Part shown: one piece after another, positions 51,081-64,000 of the stretch
How positions within the stretch are numbered: position 1 is the stretch's first letter
How the letters are laid out: each line of letters begins with the position of its first letter
Source: Octopus bimaculoides
Lineage: Eukaryota
DNA length: 64,000 nucleotides
Direction: 5' to 3'
Assembly (NCBI RefSeq): GCF_001194135.2
Contig: NC_068984.1
Location: forward strand, 64,885,013-64,949,012
Translations under genes and position numbers: made by a program
Notes under the pieces: model-generated
Databases searched by the model: none
The model's input: only the letters and a program-made list of their open reading frames with translations
What the model was told of the DNA's origin: nothing

Positions 51081-53153
51081 TGCTACTCATATAAAAAAAC
51101 ACTACACAGCTTCTAATCATCAGTGGCACACATCTAAAGATCTCAGTCACTCCAAATGTGTGAGCCCTCAGATCCTGTCAAACAATGTAACCCATGCCAG
51201 CATGGAAGACAGTTAAATGCTGATGATAAATATCTAACAGAATTAAATGGCATTTTATTGTATAGACATCATGAAATGCATTATATATATATAGTAATTA
51301 AATAAAATTATATTTTATACATGCAGCCAAATACATTTTACTTATATACATGTCTGTATGTGATTTTTAAAGCTGCCAAATGGCGGGGAGGAGAAGCACA
51401 TAGGAAAATGTATTTGAAATCTGTTTGTTCTGGGGAAGATCTTTTAATCATTTGTGATAAAATTTCCAGACTTTGGACTGGCAAATAATAATATATAATT
51501 TGATATAATGTTATGTAATTTTTAACAAATTTATTGAAAGAACAAATATGCAAGTTAACATTGGATTATCTTTTTGGCAAACACAAGAAATGATACTGCT
51601 TGTAGGCATAATTATTTGGACAGATAAGTGGTTTTCTTAATGTGTATGCTCTGCTTTTTTGAAGAAAATCTTTCTGAAATATAAAATATCAATAATCTAC
51701 TCAAAGCTTTTAACATCATTTATTGTTATTTATTTTCACTCACTTTTTGGAAAAGCTTCCATTTATTTTCTAAATAAGAGAAGTGTGAAGACTGCTTCCA
51801 AAAAAAGATGCCAGCCCTTTACTCTTAGATACTATTTTCTTGAGATATTTCTTGCTGTTTGTGTTTTATGTAAGCAAGGAAAGAAAACATGTAACTTGCT
51901 TAAAAGTGGCTATCTGCCTACTTCTACATTTAAATAGTTCATCAAATTTTCCCTCATTTTACAGCTTTCTTTGTATCTCCTTGTAAAAAGTATTGAAATT
52001 ATGAAACAAATGAATCAATTTTATATAAGCTACTTGCAGTAGAAACATGTTATTTCACTAGTAATCCTAATGTAAAAATGAAAAAAAACAAACTTTACAA
52101 ATTAATTTGAATTTTGTGCATAGCTTATTTAATTTTAGACTTTAATATTAGGTTTAAAGGTGCAAAATATATGTAAAACAGCACTTAAGTTTTCTGATGT
52201 AGAATCATTCATTGAATCAGTTCACCTAATTGCTGTTAATTCTCTTTCCGTACTGATTTAGTTTTGAAAGAAAATGTCATAATGAATTTACTTAGCTGTC
52301 TAAAACTTTATCAGAGCAAACAGTATTCCTGAAAATATTATGCTATGAGACAGATTAAAAATATAACTAAAGACAAAAGAAAAATAAATCACTAAAAGAG
52401 CATATAACCACTCAATATAATTTTCTAAATGTATCTATATCTAATGGTAAAAATGTGTATTTCTGACATAGGTAAAAAGTAACATTTTGCTTTATACAAA
52501 TAAATGAATGATGCAAAAGCAATGCAAATGGTTATCAACAGTGCAGGTAAATATGTGTTCAAAAGTGTTTGACTCGAACCATAAAGGATCTTATGTTGAC
52601 TTCCTTATCAGTCAAGATGAACATATGTAGAACTAATAAAGAGATTTTGGGATTTGTGAAAAGAAAGATGAAATCTACATTTGAACTCCATTGAATCATC
52701 CAAATTAACTTCATTTAACTGAATATTCATACCTAATAAGGAATACAATAAATATCATAATAAAAATCAGATTATAATTATCTTCTCTTTCTTTATTCCA
52801 ATATCTTTGCTATAATGAATATAGTTAATTTTAAAAATTTGTTCATTAATTCCTGAAGTAATAAATACTTTGCATATTAAATGGGAATAAGCAAAGGAAA
52901 GTGTAAACCAAACTATAGTTTTATTATATATTTTTTTAAATTCTAAGTTTCAGTTTATGAACATTAACCTTATGGGTCACAAATTTCCAGTAGACCAAGC
53001 ACTAGTTCACTGAATTCACTAAATTTCTGAAGGTTTCAAAGATGTATCAAATCTGATGCCAGAAACTTCAGTCACATAGCAATTATTTTGCAATAAATAT
53101 GCGCACACACACACACACACACACACACACCCACACACCCACANNNNNNNNNN

Positions 53154-53189
<36 letters not shown>

Positions 53190-54179
53190 TGATGGTCTTT
53201 TACACAATCTTTGTTTACAAAATATCATGTGCAATGAATTTCTCAACCAGAAGCTATGGTGTTGTGTCATGCAGTGAGATCAAACCTGAAACTGTGGATC
53301 TGCAGTTGTGAAGCAATCTCTTTAACCACATAGCCATACCTTGCATGCAGCTATAAACCATATTCTACTAATATCACATGATAAGCGTACCCCTTGGATG
53401 CCAGTCAAAGAACAAGATCAATAATTTATATGCTAAGCCTTTATCACAAGGATTTTATGAGTCATAAACATTTAGCATACAGGTACCATGTGGAAATGTA
53501 TTGCTCTGTGTATGATTTCAATCAGTTACCTACATCATTTATTACTACAATCAATTTGCTAATCTGATTCTATCAAAGTACCAATATAATTTTGTTAGCT
53601 TAAGAATAAAATTTTGATACCATAAACACAATTTGCTAGCTAACTTAATTATACATACACACAAATAATGTTATATTCACTAATACATATTCATGAGCAT
53701 GATAACATATACTATATATCAATATGCTTTTATGAATATACTACAGATAAAGAGACACAGATGAACAGACATAGGCACAGATGGATACAAAGATATTAAA
53801 AGTAACCAACAAATAACTAGAATGGGAAATAAATAGGCAGACACTTTAAACAGTTGGATATATTAATAACATTGCTATTATTTGACTGCCTACAAACTGG
53901 ATTTTTTTAACAGGCAATGCAGTGAATTGCAATAGATGAAAATTGAACTTCTATCATGTGTATTAATTCTTCATTATATTCAATTGCAGAAAAGTAAGTA
54001 AGTAGACAGTAGAAAGATAAAAATATATACAAGAAGCGTTAGTAAGGTAGTCTCAGGAATGGGAGGGGAGGTATATTGTTTTGAAAGTAAGGAAGAAAGT
54101 GTAGAAAGAAATAATCATACCAACAGAATCAAGGAAAATGAAAACATAACAACAGCAGTAACAACAATAACAATAATCA

Positions 54180-54345
54180 TTGTGCTGATGTTATTCTGTG
54201 CCCAGAATGCATGGGATTTAGACAGATGCTGCATGACAGACACTGTACACTATTATGTAGATCAAGTTATTGCTAGTTGCTCTTTCTTAACTCAGCCTGA
54301 ACAGAATCTTGAATGCATTCAACATGTTTTCCAATACTGCTAGAT
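54180..54345 (+). mobile_element. Possible small R4/Dong-like knuckle remnant after an (AAC/AAT)-rich tract
   Basis: VDQVIASCSFLTQPE resembles IDHIVAGCSFLAQSEY. Confidence 0.35.
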
Positions 54346-54876
54346 AGAAATTTACAGCTTCTTTCCTTCTAGGTAATAGTTGTTTCTGTCATTCTACAGC
54401 TGTACAATGATTCTTTTTTCTTGGGAAAGACACAGCTGTGTGAAAAATCTAACCTGATTTTTACTAATTGATTTGTTCATTTATTTTTCTTAGTCTGTTC
54501 CTTCTTTCTGCTTTTATTATTATCTGACTGCCTGTCTTGTCACACACACACAATCATAAAACATTTTCCCAAATATATCTATCTATATGGATTTAGGAAT
54601 GTTTATATAAAGCTATACAGTACCAGCCAGTCAATGCTTATATGCATGTACAAAGAAACCACAAAGATAATTCACATGACAGTATCTGAAGATCTGCTTC
54701 CCTCAACTAATCTGAGTAAATGTGCACAAAGATACACATAGTTACATATAATAAATAAATAATTCACTTATAGTCAGCATATATGAAAGGTATATTTTTA
54801 AATATTTATCAATAATTTTGCACACGCATGTGTGTGTGTGCTTGTATGTATGTGTGTGTGCATGTGTGTGTATGTG

Positions 54877-54919
<43 letters not shown>

Positions 54920-56307
54920 ACACATGTACATTTTCTTGTGTGTTCTTACATAGTTGAGTGCATGTTAAATTTATTCCTTCAAGCACTTCTCAGTGTATTT
55001 CCCCACTGTGTTTCACAAAACATCTAGATATTGAGTATTCTTAATTATACCAAAGCTAATTATGTGAGTATGTAAGCACATGTATATGAATGTGAATCGT
55101 ATATTGCTTGTGAATAAAGTAAGAAAATTAATTTCAAAATACCATTAGGTTCACAGCAAGCAGCATAGTTACAATATTGCAGAAAATATGAGAATTAATA
55201 AAGAGGGGGGGGGGGGAAAGAAAAAGTAATTCAAAATTTGGAGAGAATCTTGTGAATGCAAATTATTATTACACATTAGAGTTAGTATATTGAAGATAAC
55301 ATAAATCGGTGTTAAAACCATTTTCTTATCATAATATTTTATTCTCTTTCAGGTATTATAGATTCACAAGTAAAAAGAAAAAAAAGTAACAGCCAGCAAG
55401 AAAGTAAGTGTTATGATGTATTTTAATCAAAATATGAAGATGTGTTTCTGAACTCACAGCTGTTGTTACTGCAGCCATTGCCACTATCTTTATAGTCATC
55501 AAGGTCAGCATTGTAGGTATGGCATTAGAATACAAGTCAAAGCTTAATAATTCAAACTTACATTGTTGACGTTGCAAAGATATACTTAATTTCCTTCAAC
55601 TCTGCTGAAAGTAGGCACTGCTTAACATTTTATAGCTGAATGCTTTGCATTACGAAATACCTCAAATTATATTCTTTCTAGGAGGATTTAGTCAAGTAAC
55701 TGACTTGACAGTACAAACCAGTCTATACTAAAAGGGAAGTACAAAGAAAGCACAAAGATAGTATTTCTTTGATAGCTGCCTTGTCTTTATGGAAATAATT
55801 TTTAAAAAAATGTTTTTGGATCATAAATATTTCTAAATGAGTGCAAATCTACTTTTAAAAGGCATAAAGCATGAAAAGATTTCCATAAAGCTGCCTTAGC
55901 AATTTTTCCATTTCACTTTGCTAAACTGAAAACTTTCAGGCCTAAGAATAAAACTGGAACTAACATTGGTTTTATTGGACTGGAATAAAATTCTTAATTA
56001 AGTATTCAGCTTCTCCTCAGTTATTACTCTCTTTATTTAGGAATTTTTTTTTTTATTTAACAAAAGGAAAATTAGTAGCCTGTAGCAGTCACTTTCATTT
56101 TCACAAAAGCCTGAAGAGATTAATTTCAAAATGAGTTCAATTTTTGTTTTCATACTTTTGTGAACATCAGAAAGTTCCAGCACAAAATCCTTGTCCTTTG
56201 ACATTAATTTTAAGAATATTTCCTATAGACTCTAAAATAACAGAAAAAAACTGATTTAGAAACTATCAAGACAAAGATGCAAAACTTTTGGCAGTGATAC
56301 AATGAAT

Positions 56308-56456
56308 GATTTAGATTTAAAATCTCTGAATGTAAACAATAAATATTTCAATATAAGAGAGACTAATTCGTATGAGATTTAGATTAAAATTCTGTGAATG
56401 TTAAATAATAAATATTTCAATATGATGAAAGACCAGTTGCATTACTTTAGATTAAT
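56308..56456 (+). repeat. About 2.2 copies of a 68-70-bp tandem unit
   Basis: gatttagatt...tgaatgt...aataaatatttcaatat repeated at 56308, 56376 and partially 56446. Confidence 0.75.
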
Positions 56457-58169
56457 GTTTCATTGCTATATATATAACCATTGTTGACTGAATAGCAAAA
56501 TCTCAGCCTTAAGTTCAGTCAACATTAAAAAAATGACTGAATTTAAGATATTAAAAGCCCTAGAAACATTTCATTAAAAATGCCAACAATATAATATATT
56601 TAAAGAAAGTTATATTTCATAAGACTGATAAAGACTGGGAAATAAACTTTCCTAGTGATCTGAATAGGAACAAAGAAGAAACGATATATTAATTTATGGA
56701 ATCATTTGTTAGCCTACAAGTTTTAAAAACATGGTGACATAAAACTCTAAAGTGCTGAGACCGAGTTAACAAAAATACAAAGACTACAATAGAGAAGTTT
56801 GCATATTCTACATTTTTCTTTAAATTTGAAGCTTTCCTTAAGAAATTTTTCTCTCTTTTGCATGTTTATTTTCTTTTTACTATTTAATGCTACTTTTCAA
56901 GAAGCTTTACCAAATCAGTTAGATAGTATTCAACATTTTTTTCTTCTTTTGTAATTTATTCTCTGAGAAATGACAATAGGTTTTCTATCTTCTAATGAAT
57001 TTGACCATTAATAAGCACACTTCTTTTAATTTATCCAGTTGGATTTAAAATAGCTTTCCATGAAAATGCAAGTATGCCTTTCAACTGCTAACATACAATT
57101 TTAATATAAAAGTTTTGAACATATTTAAGACTCTTTTCACTTTTAACAATTAAAAATGAATTCTTATTATCATATTTACAAGATAAAATCAAAGACTAGA
57201 TTTTTTAATTAACTATTGTAATTACAGTAAGAAAATAAGAAATCTTTTGGTGTAAAATAGATTTTAATTAGCTTTCTTAGTTCCAGAAACTTGACTTCTA
57301 TTACCTCATATTTGCTGATACGAAATTATAATTTGGCAAATACAAATGCAGAATATGCTTTTTAAAATAAAACATAGAAGCTAATGAAAAGAATATGCCT
57401 ACACATTATATCAAATAGTGCATATAACTATACAAACAAAACAACTATTTTACATATTTAACTCTGGTTATTGATGTCATCTAAATTTATCATTGTATCA
57501 GGAGAGATTGAAGGTTTCTACCCCTCCTAAGTCTGCTAATAAGTAAAAGCAACAGCAAAAGGTAGGCAAAGAAAATAAATAACATGATAAACACTGATTG
57601 AAAATAAATAAAAAGATGTTGAATGATTTTACTGGAAATGTGTGATTTTTAGTCAATGAAATAATTGCTTGTAATCAAATATTGATTATTATACTTAATG
57701 AGAAGAAACACTTAGACATAAAAGAAAATTTTTAAAAATTAAAATAAACAAACAGATGAAAAAGGTTTCAAATGAAGAAAAGAAAAATAAACAGAAACAC
57801 TAATAATTTTTGATTGCCAAATTGAAACACGTAAGTATTGATAAAAGGAAATTAAAATTTGGAAGAAGTGATTATATACATTGCTGTTCGAGAGAAGAAA
57901 CTTGGCTTATTTCAGCATAATTTGTATGTGCTGGAACAATATATAATCAGTGACGACCAAGTGTAACACCAATTAATCATCAATTGAGAAAGTGAACAAG
58001 GATTAAGAAGTTCTTTTGCAAGCAACTTTTTCTTTGCTTCTTCCTAATTAGAGAATGAATAGATAATGAAAAGATAGAAATCACTCAAATTGTTTCTGGC
58101 TTTTTGAGGAAAAGACAAGGAGGTTAAATCTTGCCATAAAACTGATTGTGTTTTTTGTTTTTTCTCTTT

Positions 58170-58224
<55 letters not shown>

Positions 58225-59699
58225 TATTATCATTACTATTATAGTTGAGGTATTGCTGCTGAAGTTGTGCACAAAGAAAACATGACAACTTATAAGTGCA
58301 GTGCTTTTAATTAGTAAATTGTTTCTTGAAACTAACCACTATTATTTGGGATGCTGAAAAGAACATCAAATTCTCACTTTCACGAAAAGAGAATAGAATA
58401 TTGATTCCGCCAAATATCTACAAGATAAAGAACTGTTTGCAAGTTTCAATATTTTGGATGAAATGAAGAAACAAGTTGCAAATGAAAGCAGCAAATTATT
58501 AAAGTAGATCAAAACCTTGTATTACTACAAAAGAGAAGTGAGTAATAAATGCTACAGACAGTACTGTTCTTTGCATAGGTCACTTGGTTCATTTATTTTT
58601 TATTGAAATGTGTTGGTTACTTGTTTCAAATGAGCTAATCATTGGCTTACCATATTTTTGATGGTAATGGTTAGAGTGACAAGGGAACGTAAGGAACTTC
58701 ATTGCTAAAGCACCAAAATTTAAATACACCAATATAAACTAGTGAGAGATACACAAATGCATTCAGATATACATGTATAATAGGATTCTGCACAGTTTTC
58801 ATGTAACATATTACACTCAAAAGACATTTGTCAGTCTGAGGCTATGGTTAGAGACCTCATCAGCAATAGGATCAAACTAGAAACCCTGAACTACATGGCT
58901 GCTAAGTTAACTCTTTAACCAGAAAGCAATGAGTGCTAAAAAAAAAAACATGCTAGTTGCTTCAGTACCACTAACACTGAGAAACACACTATTGCATGTG
59001 TAAACAAGTGTTCCTTGAATAAAAATGAAACCAGAATCTTTTAGTTGATTGTAAATGTACTCTGTTATATTTATTGCAATTCTTATGAGATTAGCAACAT
59101 CAGTAAAGAGATTTTAAAACAAAAATTGAAACAATATTGTGGGCTGTGAGCTCCATTAATGTTTAAAGACAAAGCATCATTCAAATTCTCCTCCTTGCTA
59201 TTACATAGTCAGTGTATGTAGGACACTGGCATCACTATCTAAACAAGCTCCCATCATGGTTAACTATCTTCAATGAGTTTGATTGCAACTGATGTCTGTA
59301 ATTGTAATAAGCCACAATTATTGTCGAATAGATGCCAAATTGAAACTCGTGGTTTGCCAATCCTAAAAGGATCACTTTTTCAAAATATCAGGAACACTGT
59401 AATACCATTAGCCTTTGGCTATTGATTGTGTTGGACTGGCATAAGCACATAACTAAGTCAATCATTAAAGCCCAAGATTGGCACTTGTTACAATACATCT
59501 TTAATAATTTAATTCTGCCTTATTGACTACTTATAGACACTTCTCACTCATGCACAAAGGAAGCTCTTGAAATAATGTACAGAAAATGTTGGTCAAAAGA
59601 TAGGTCAACAGAAAGATCAACTCTTTGTTACCAGTTGACAATCACTACTACCTACGGTGGTGGTGGTGGTGGTAGAAGTGATGATGATGATGATTTAAG

Positions 59700-59910
59700 C
59701 ATAAGGGCAACAATTTTGAAAGGATTGGGCCAGTCAGTTAAATTGATCCAGTACTTGACTGGTACTTGAATTTATTGATCCCAGAAGGGTGAAAGGCAAA
59801 ATTGATTTTGAACTCAGGACACAATTAGCCAGAACAGATACATAAGCAATTTCTCCAGTGAAATACTGCTAAACATTTCATCCTAGTGATTCTGCCAGCT
59901 CGTCACCTTA
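59700..59910 (-). mobile_element. SINE family A
   Basis: gtacttgactggtact...gaaaggcaaa...gattctgccagctcgtcacc. Confidence 0.75.
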
Positions 59911-59940
59911 ATGATGATGATAATAATAATAATAATAATG

Positions 59941-59971
<31 letters not shown>

Positions 59972-60539
59972 TAATAAAGATAATTACAACGTTAATGACA
60001 GTTACAAAACAACAATTAGTATCTATATCAACATCATCATCATTATTATTATTGTTTACACGTGTGTAGGTGCAACTACAATGAAAATAAGATTGAAGCA
60101 ATAAACGAAAAAAGAATGAAGAATTTTATGACTGCTCAATCCCAAATAATAAACTTTCCAAAGTTGCTAAGATGATTTAGAAGTCAAGTCAATAATAAAA
60201 TCATCTACTTCTGGAAGAATTAGTTCATTTGCTTCAAGTAATGCAGAAGTTAAAATTAGGCAATCAACATAAACGTTTACAAGAGAAGGACAGCCAATGA
60301 CAAAATTAAAACAGAGTAAACCTACAACTCTAATTTGGTTAAAATTGGTAATAATACGAATGATACTGATAGTAATATTAACTAAGACTTTTAGCAATGC
60401 AGTTGAGTCAATTTTCTATGCATGACCAGGTTTTTCCATTAATAATATATGAGAAATATATATTGAACGAGTGATTGAGTTTTAATATGAAAAACAAAAA
60501 GAACAACTCAACTTCCATAACCATGCACTTTTATTCACC

Positions 60540-60960
60540 AGGTGCTTTGAGGGTCTATGCTGACACTTCATCACCACAATTTCATCTCACTTTCCAGTTC
60601 CACCCTCCCTTCTATAATGTATGTGGTCATGTAGCCCCTTTACAGCAAGAAACCTGTTCAGTTCTAGCCTGTTCTCCCATACTTTAACTTCTTATCTTGT
60701 AGCATAAAGTTGCTTGCCTCTCTACTGTAATGTCACTCAGTTAAAGGGGACATTAGTCTTGCAAGTGGCACGATGATCCCACTAGAGCTGATATCATGAA
60801 TAACATACTCACTACAATCTGTATAGTGGTTGGCATTAGGAAAGGCATCCAGCTATAGAAACCATCCTAATCAATCACTGGAGAACAATGCAGTCCTCAG
60901 AATGGTCAAATCCCAAGAAACCATCCAACCCATGTTGGGATTGATGATGATGATGATAAT
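60540..60960. mobile_element. RTE-related 3' remnants and an RTE-tailed SINE
   Basis: ggaaaggcatccagctatagaaacc core and (GAT)n tail shared with other copies in the window. Confidence 0.45.
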
Positions 60961-61044
60961 GATGAAGAGGAGGAGTTGATGGTGATGAAGCAATGATTGC
61001 GTAGGAATGGTAAAACACAAGACTAAATATTCTTATAATATGTA

Positions 61045-61578
61045 CAGGGTGATTGAAAAGTAACTTCCTATTTTAAAATACTTATGAATTATTTGTTAAT
61101 TGTAATTTTTACAAAAAAAAGCGGATACGAGAAGAAAGCTTTTAGTTTGAGGCTTTATTTAAAATTTGATATGGGTTCCAAATGTTACCACCAGTTTCTT
61201 GAGTCACCCAGGAATTGTATCAATTAATTTCATCAGGAAATCTTGTGGGATGGAAGACATAACGTCTAGTATTCACATTTCAAGTTCTTCTGAAGACTTT
61301 GGTTTGGTACAGTTGACTTGTTCCTTTAACCAACCTCAAAGAAATAAGTCACATGGTGTAAAGTCAGGACTACTGGCTGGCTACTCATGCAGACCACAAT
61401 GATCCATTTATCTCCTAGGGAAGGGGGCATACAGCCATTACAGATTACAAATTAAATTCTCATACTTCAAAAAACAAACAAACAAACAAAAAAAAACACA
61501 AAATGTTTAAGAAAAAAAATTACAATTAACAAATAACTTATAAGTATTTTAAAATACAGAGTTACTTTTCAATTACAG
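61045..61578 (-). mobile_element. Internally deleted Tc1/mariner element with ~60-bp TIRs
   Basis: TIR attgaaaagtaact...ttgttaattgtaatttt at both ends, flanked by TA. Minus strand *PASSPDFTPCDLFL*GWLKEQV equals the WP-x-x-SPDL-x-P-x-D motif. Confidence 0.85.
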
Positions 61579-62701
61579 TAGTTTGCATTTTACAGTCTTG
61601 CTGGGGTAACCGGAGTTAATGAAATAAATATCAGTGGTATGCTGATGTTCAAAGCATCAACTATACACCCTAAGCCTTACATAGCCAGCTCTACAGCTAA
61701 TAAAGAAATCAGTATTATGCATAATAAGGTTGCATGCTCATAAAGTTTATTTGCTGAAGTTGTATTGCACCATGATGATGGATAATTTGAGTGAAACATG
61801 TTTCTAATTAGCAAAATTTTGTTGATAGTCAAAGGGAGAGACACAGCCAAAAAAAAGAAAAGGAGAGAAATAACCGAAGGGTAATCTTACAGAACAAAGT
61901 TGACATTATTTCAAACAGTAACATCAAATACATCAAGTTTGAGTATCAGAAGGACCCATTAAATATATATCTACACATACACAGATCAGAAGACTATATT
62001 GAAAAGGATAAAATAATAAGCCAACAAAACAAATCCACTTTTGAATAATTTCATAGCACTTTATTTTCTTCTAGCTCTCTCCTAAATTCTTCTATAAAAC
62101 TGAAACTTATCTATGAAAATGTTAACAAACACAATGAAAAATATGTATGTTTTCAAAATTCTGATAGTTGTTGTATGAGGAAACATTAAAAAAAAATCTA
62201 TGGAATAATCTAAGAGAATAATCTTAAATAAAATTTGAATAACAAAACAAAATCTATAATGATTAACATGCCCAACTGGATTGGACATTATTGTTAGTTT
62301 AATAATAACAATAAAATGCTAAGTGTATAATCAAAGAACTACTATGTAAAATTTATGTGTATGCCCAAAAAGATCTCATATTCTGGATTCATAACCATAA
62401 ATCTAGTCAACGTTATAGAATGACTTATTTGGAGTAGAATATATATATCCTAAATAAGACAAGAATCATATTTCTTTCTTAGAACAAAATGTGTCACAAT
62501 AGTAAGGGAAGAAAATTAGCAATGCAGATTATATTATTTACTTCTTTATTATGTGTCTCTAAACTTTTGAATTTCAAGTTGAGCCACTGTCAATATTTTC
62601 AAAAATGATCCAATGATATATTTTTCCTTGATCTTTTCTTCAATCAAAAATGACATTATTAAATAAAGAATTCATTATTATTAAAATACAAACAAGTATT
62701 T

Positions 62702-62895
62702 TGTGAGCTGGCAAAATCGTTAGCACGCTGGGAGAAATGTTTAGTAGCATTTCACCTATTGCTATGTTCTGAGTTCAAATTCCACTGAGGTCCTTTAGGG
62801 GTTGATAAATTAAGTACCAGTGAAACATTGGAGTTGATATAATCGACTAGTCTCCTCCCACAAAATTTCAGTCCTTGTGCCTATGGTAGAAAGGA
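62702..62895 (+). mobile_element. SINE family A
   Basis: gagctggcaaaatcgttagc...gagttcaaattccactgaggtc...ccttgtgcc. Confidence 0.8.
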
Positions 62896-64000
62896 TTATC
62901 ATTGTTGTTGTTACTCAGCCTCAGGGCAGCCACGACTGACGGAAGCTATGATTAAAAGTGTTGATCACTCTTTCTTTTGCATATCAGCCACTATTTTATC
63001 TAATATATTCTTACTTATTTAGGATGATGGTAGAGTGTGATATAAGGGAGTCTGGGTTACTAATTCTAGCCAGTTAAGTGACTGTACAAAAGCTTCTTCA
63101 TTGACTTGTGAAAGCTGATGGCAATGTTCGTATTATAAAGAGATATAAGTCATAAATTGTAATATAAAGAGGAAAATGATTGACCCAAAGCTAAAATTTA
63201 CTTTACTCTTGGTTTCAAAATGTGTACCCTTGTCCTATTTTCTAAACATGCGATATTTTGAAAATATCTGGTTAACATCAATTTCTAAGAATGACACAGT
63301 AATTGAATCCAAGTATAAAACATCCTACATTTTCTGATTCAGTAAAAAAGGTTTTCATATAATGAGAAAAAACGACACATTTCTCAATGGGATGTTTCCA
63401 GACAAATCAAATTATGATAAGTAAGTGCAGTCATAAGAAGACAACTTGCTGCATACATATCATAAGTTGAATCAAAATGACAGCGAAGCAATCAAGATTG
63501 AAATAAGGTATGTTAACTCTTTCTTAACCACTATACACATTGTAGGTTACAAGATTTTCAGCACTTAAGCAAGCTACTCAATCCTCCTCTCTCATGAACA
63601 CAAATAAGATGTGTAGTAAATGATTGCTTTGTCTATACATTACTGAAACAAACAGTAGAGCAGTATGTTTAATGGATTAGTCAGAATATTTTGGTTGATT
63701 AAATAGCTTCTCTTATGACAATGAATGCATGGACGGTGTTATAAAAAAATTGAATCTACCCAGACAAAAGAGAAAGAAAGAAAAAGGGAAAGAAAGAAAA
63801 AAGAAAGAAAGAAAACAAGCATTAGCATTTGAGTAATAGTAGATTTCAAAACAGAGGCCTTCTTCACGTGTAGGAGAGGTAATATCTGATTTTCTTCAGA
63901 AATTTAATTCGACAATGAAATCTATTAACAATGTTCACTGAAAAACCAGGAAGTTACTACATGAATCTTTACAATCTGGACTGCCATGGATCATTACTAT

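Noticed and set aside
20983-55604. Other small minus-strand AG...GT segments (20983-21039, 40571-40617, 51744-51769, 55562-55604)
   Set aside because: Splice signals are plausible but the peptides show no CUB or other recognisable motif. Such matches are expected by chance in AT-rich introns, so RNA-seq would be needed.
60167-60397. 76-aa minus-strand ORF with protein-like end (DCLILTSALLEANELILPEVDDF)
   Set aside because: No recognisable motif and no consistent splice boundaries.

Overview
AT-rich, repeat-dense eukaryotic draft-assembly DNA with several N-gaps. The SINE/LINE repertoire and microsatellite load look like a coleoid cephalopod, probably Octopus; this is inferred from repeat content only. 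Almost all listed ORFs are artefacts of microsatellites, N-runs or decayed transposons. One host exon is well supported: minus strand 29138-29370, encoding the C-terminal half of a CUB domain plus a Ser/Thr-rich linker, with clean AG/GT boundaries. The rest is mostly intronic or intergenic: about four tRNA-derived or RTE-tailed SINE families, several R4/Dong-like non-LTR retrotransposon fragments tied to (TAA)n microsatellites, RTE and CR1/L2 remnants, two internally deleted Tc1/mariner elements, hAT remnants and a Penelope-like (GIY-YIG) remnant. The most striking observation is a 306-bp near-perfect foldback (35107-35412) whose two arms each encode a hammerhead-ribozyme fold in opposite polarity. 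The plus-strand copy keeps an intact catalytic core. It lies about 150 bp from the Penelope-like remnant, which carries its own degenerate hammerhead. No CRISPR, rRNA or genuine tRNA gene was seen. All family assignments come from manual motif reading, not database searches.
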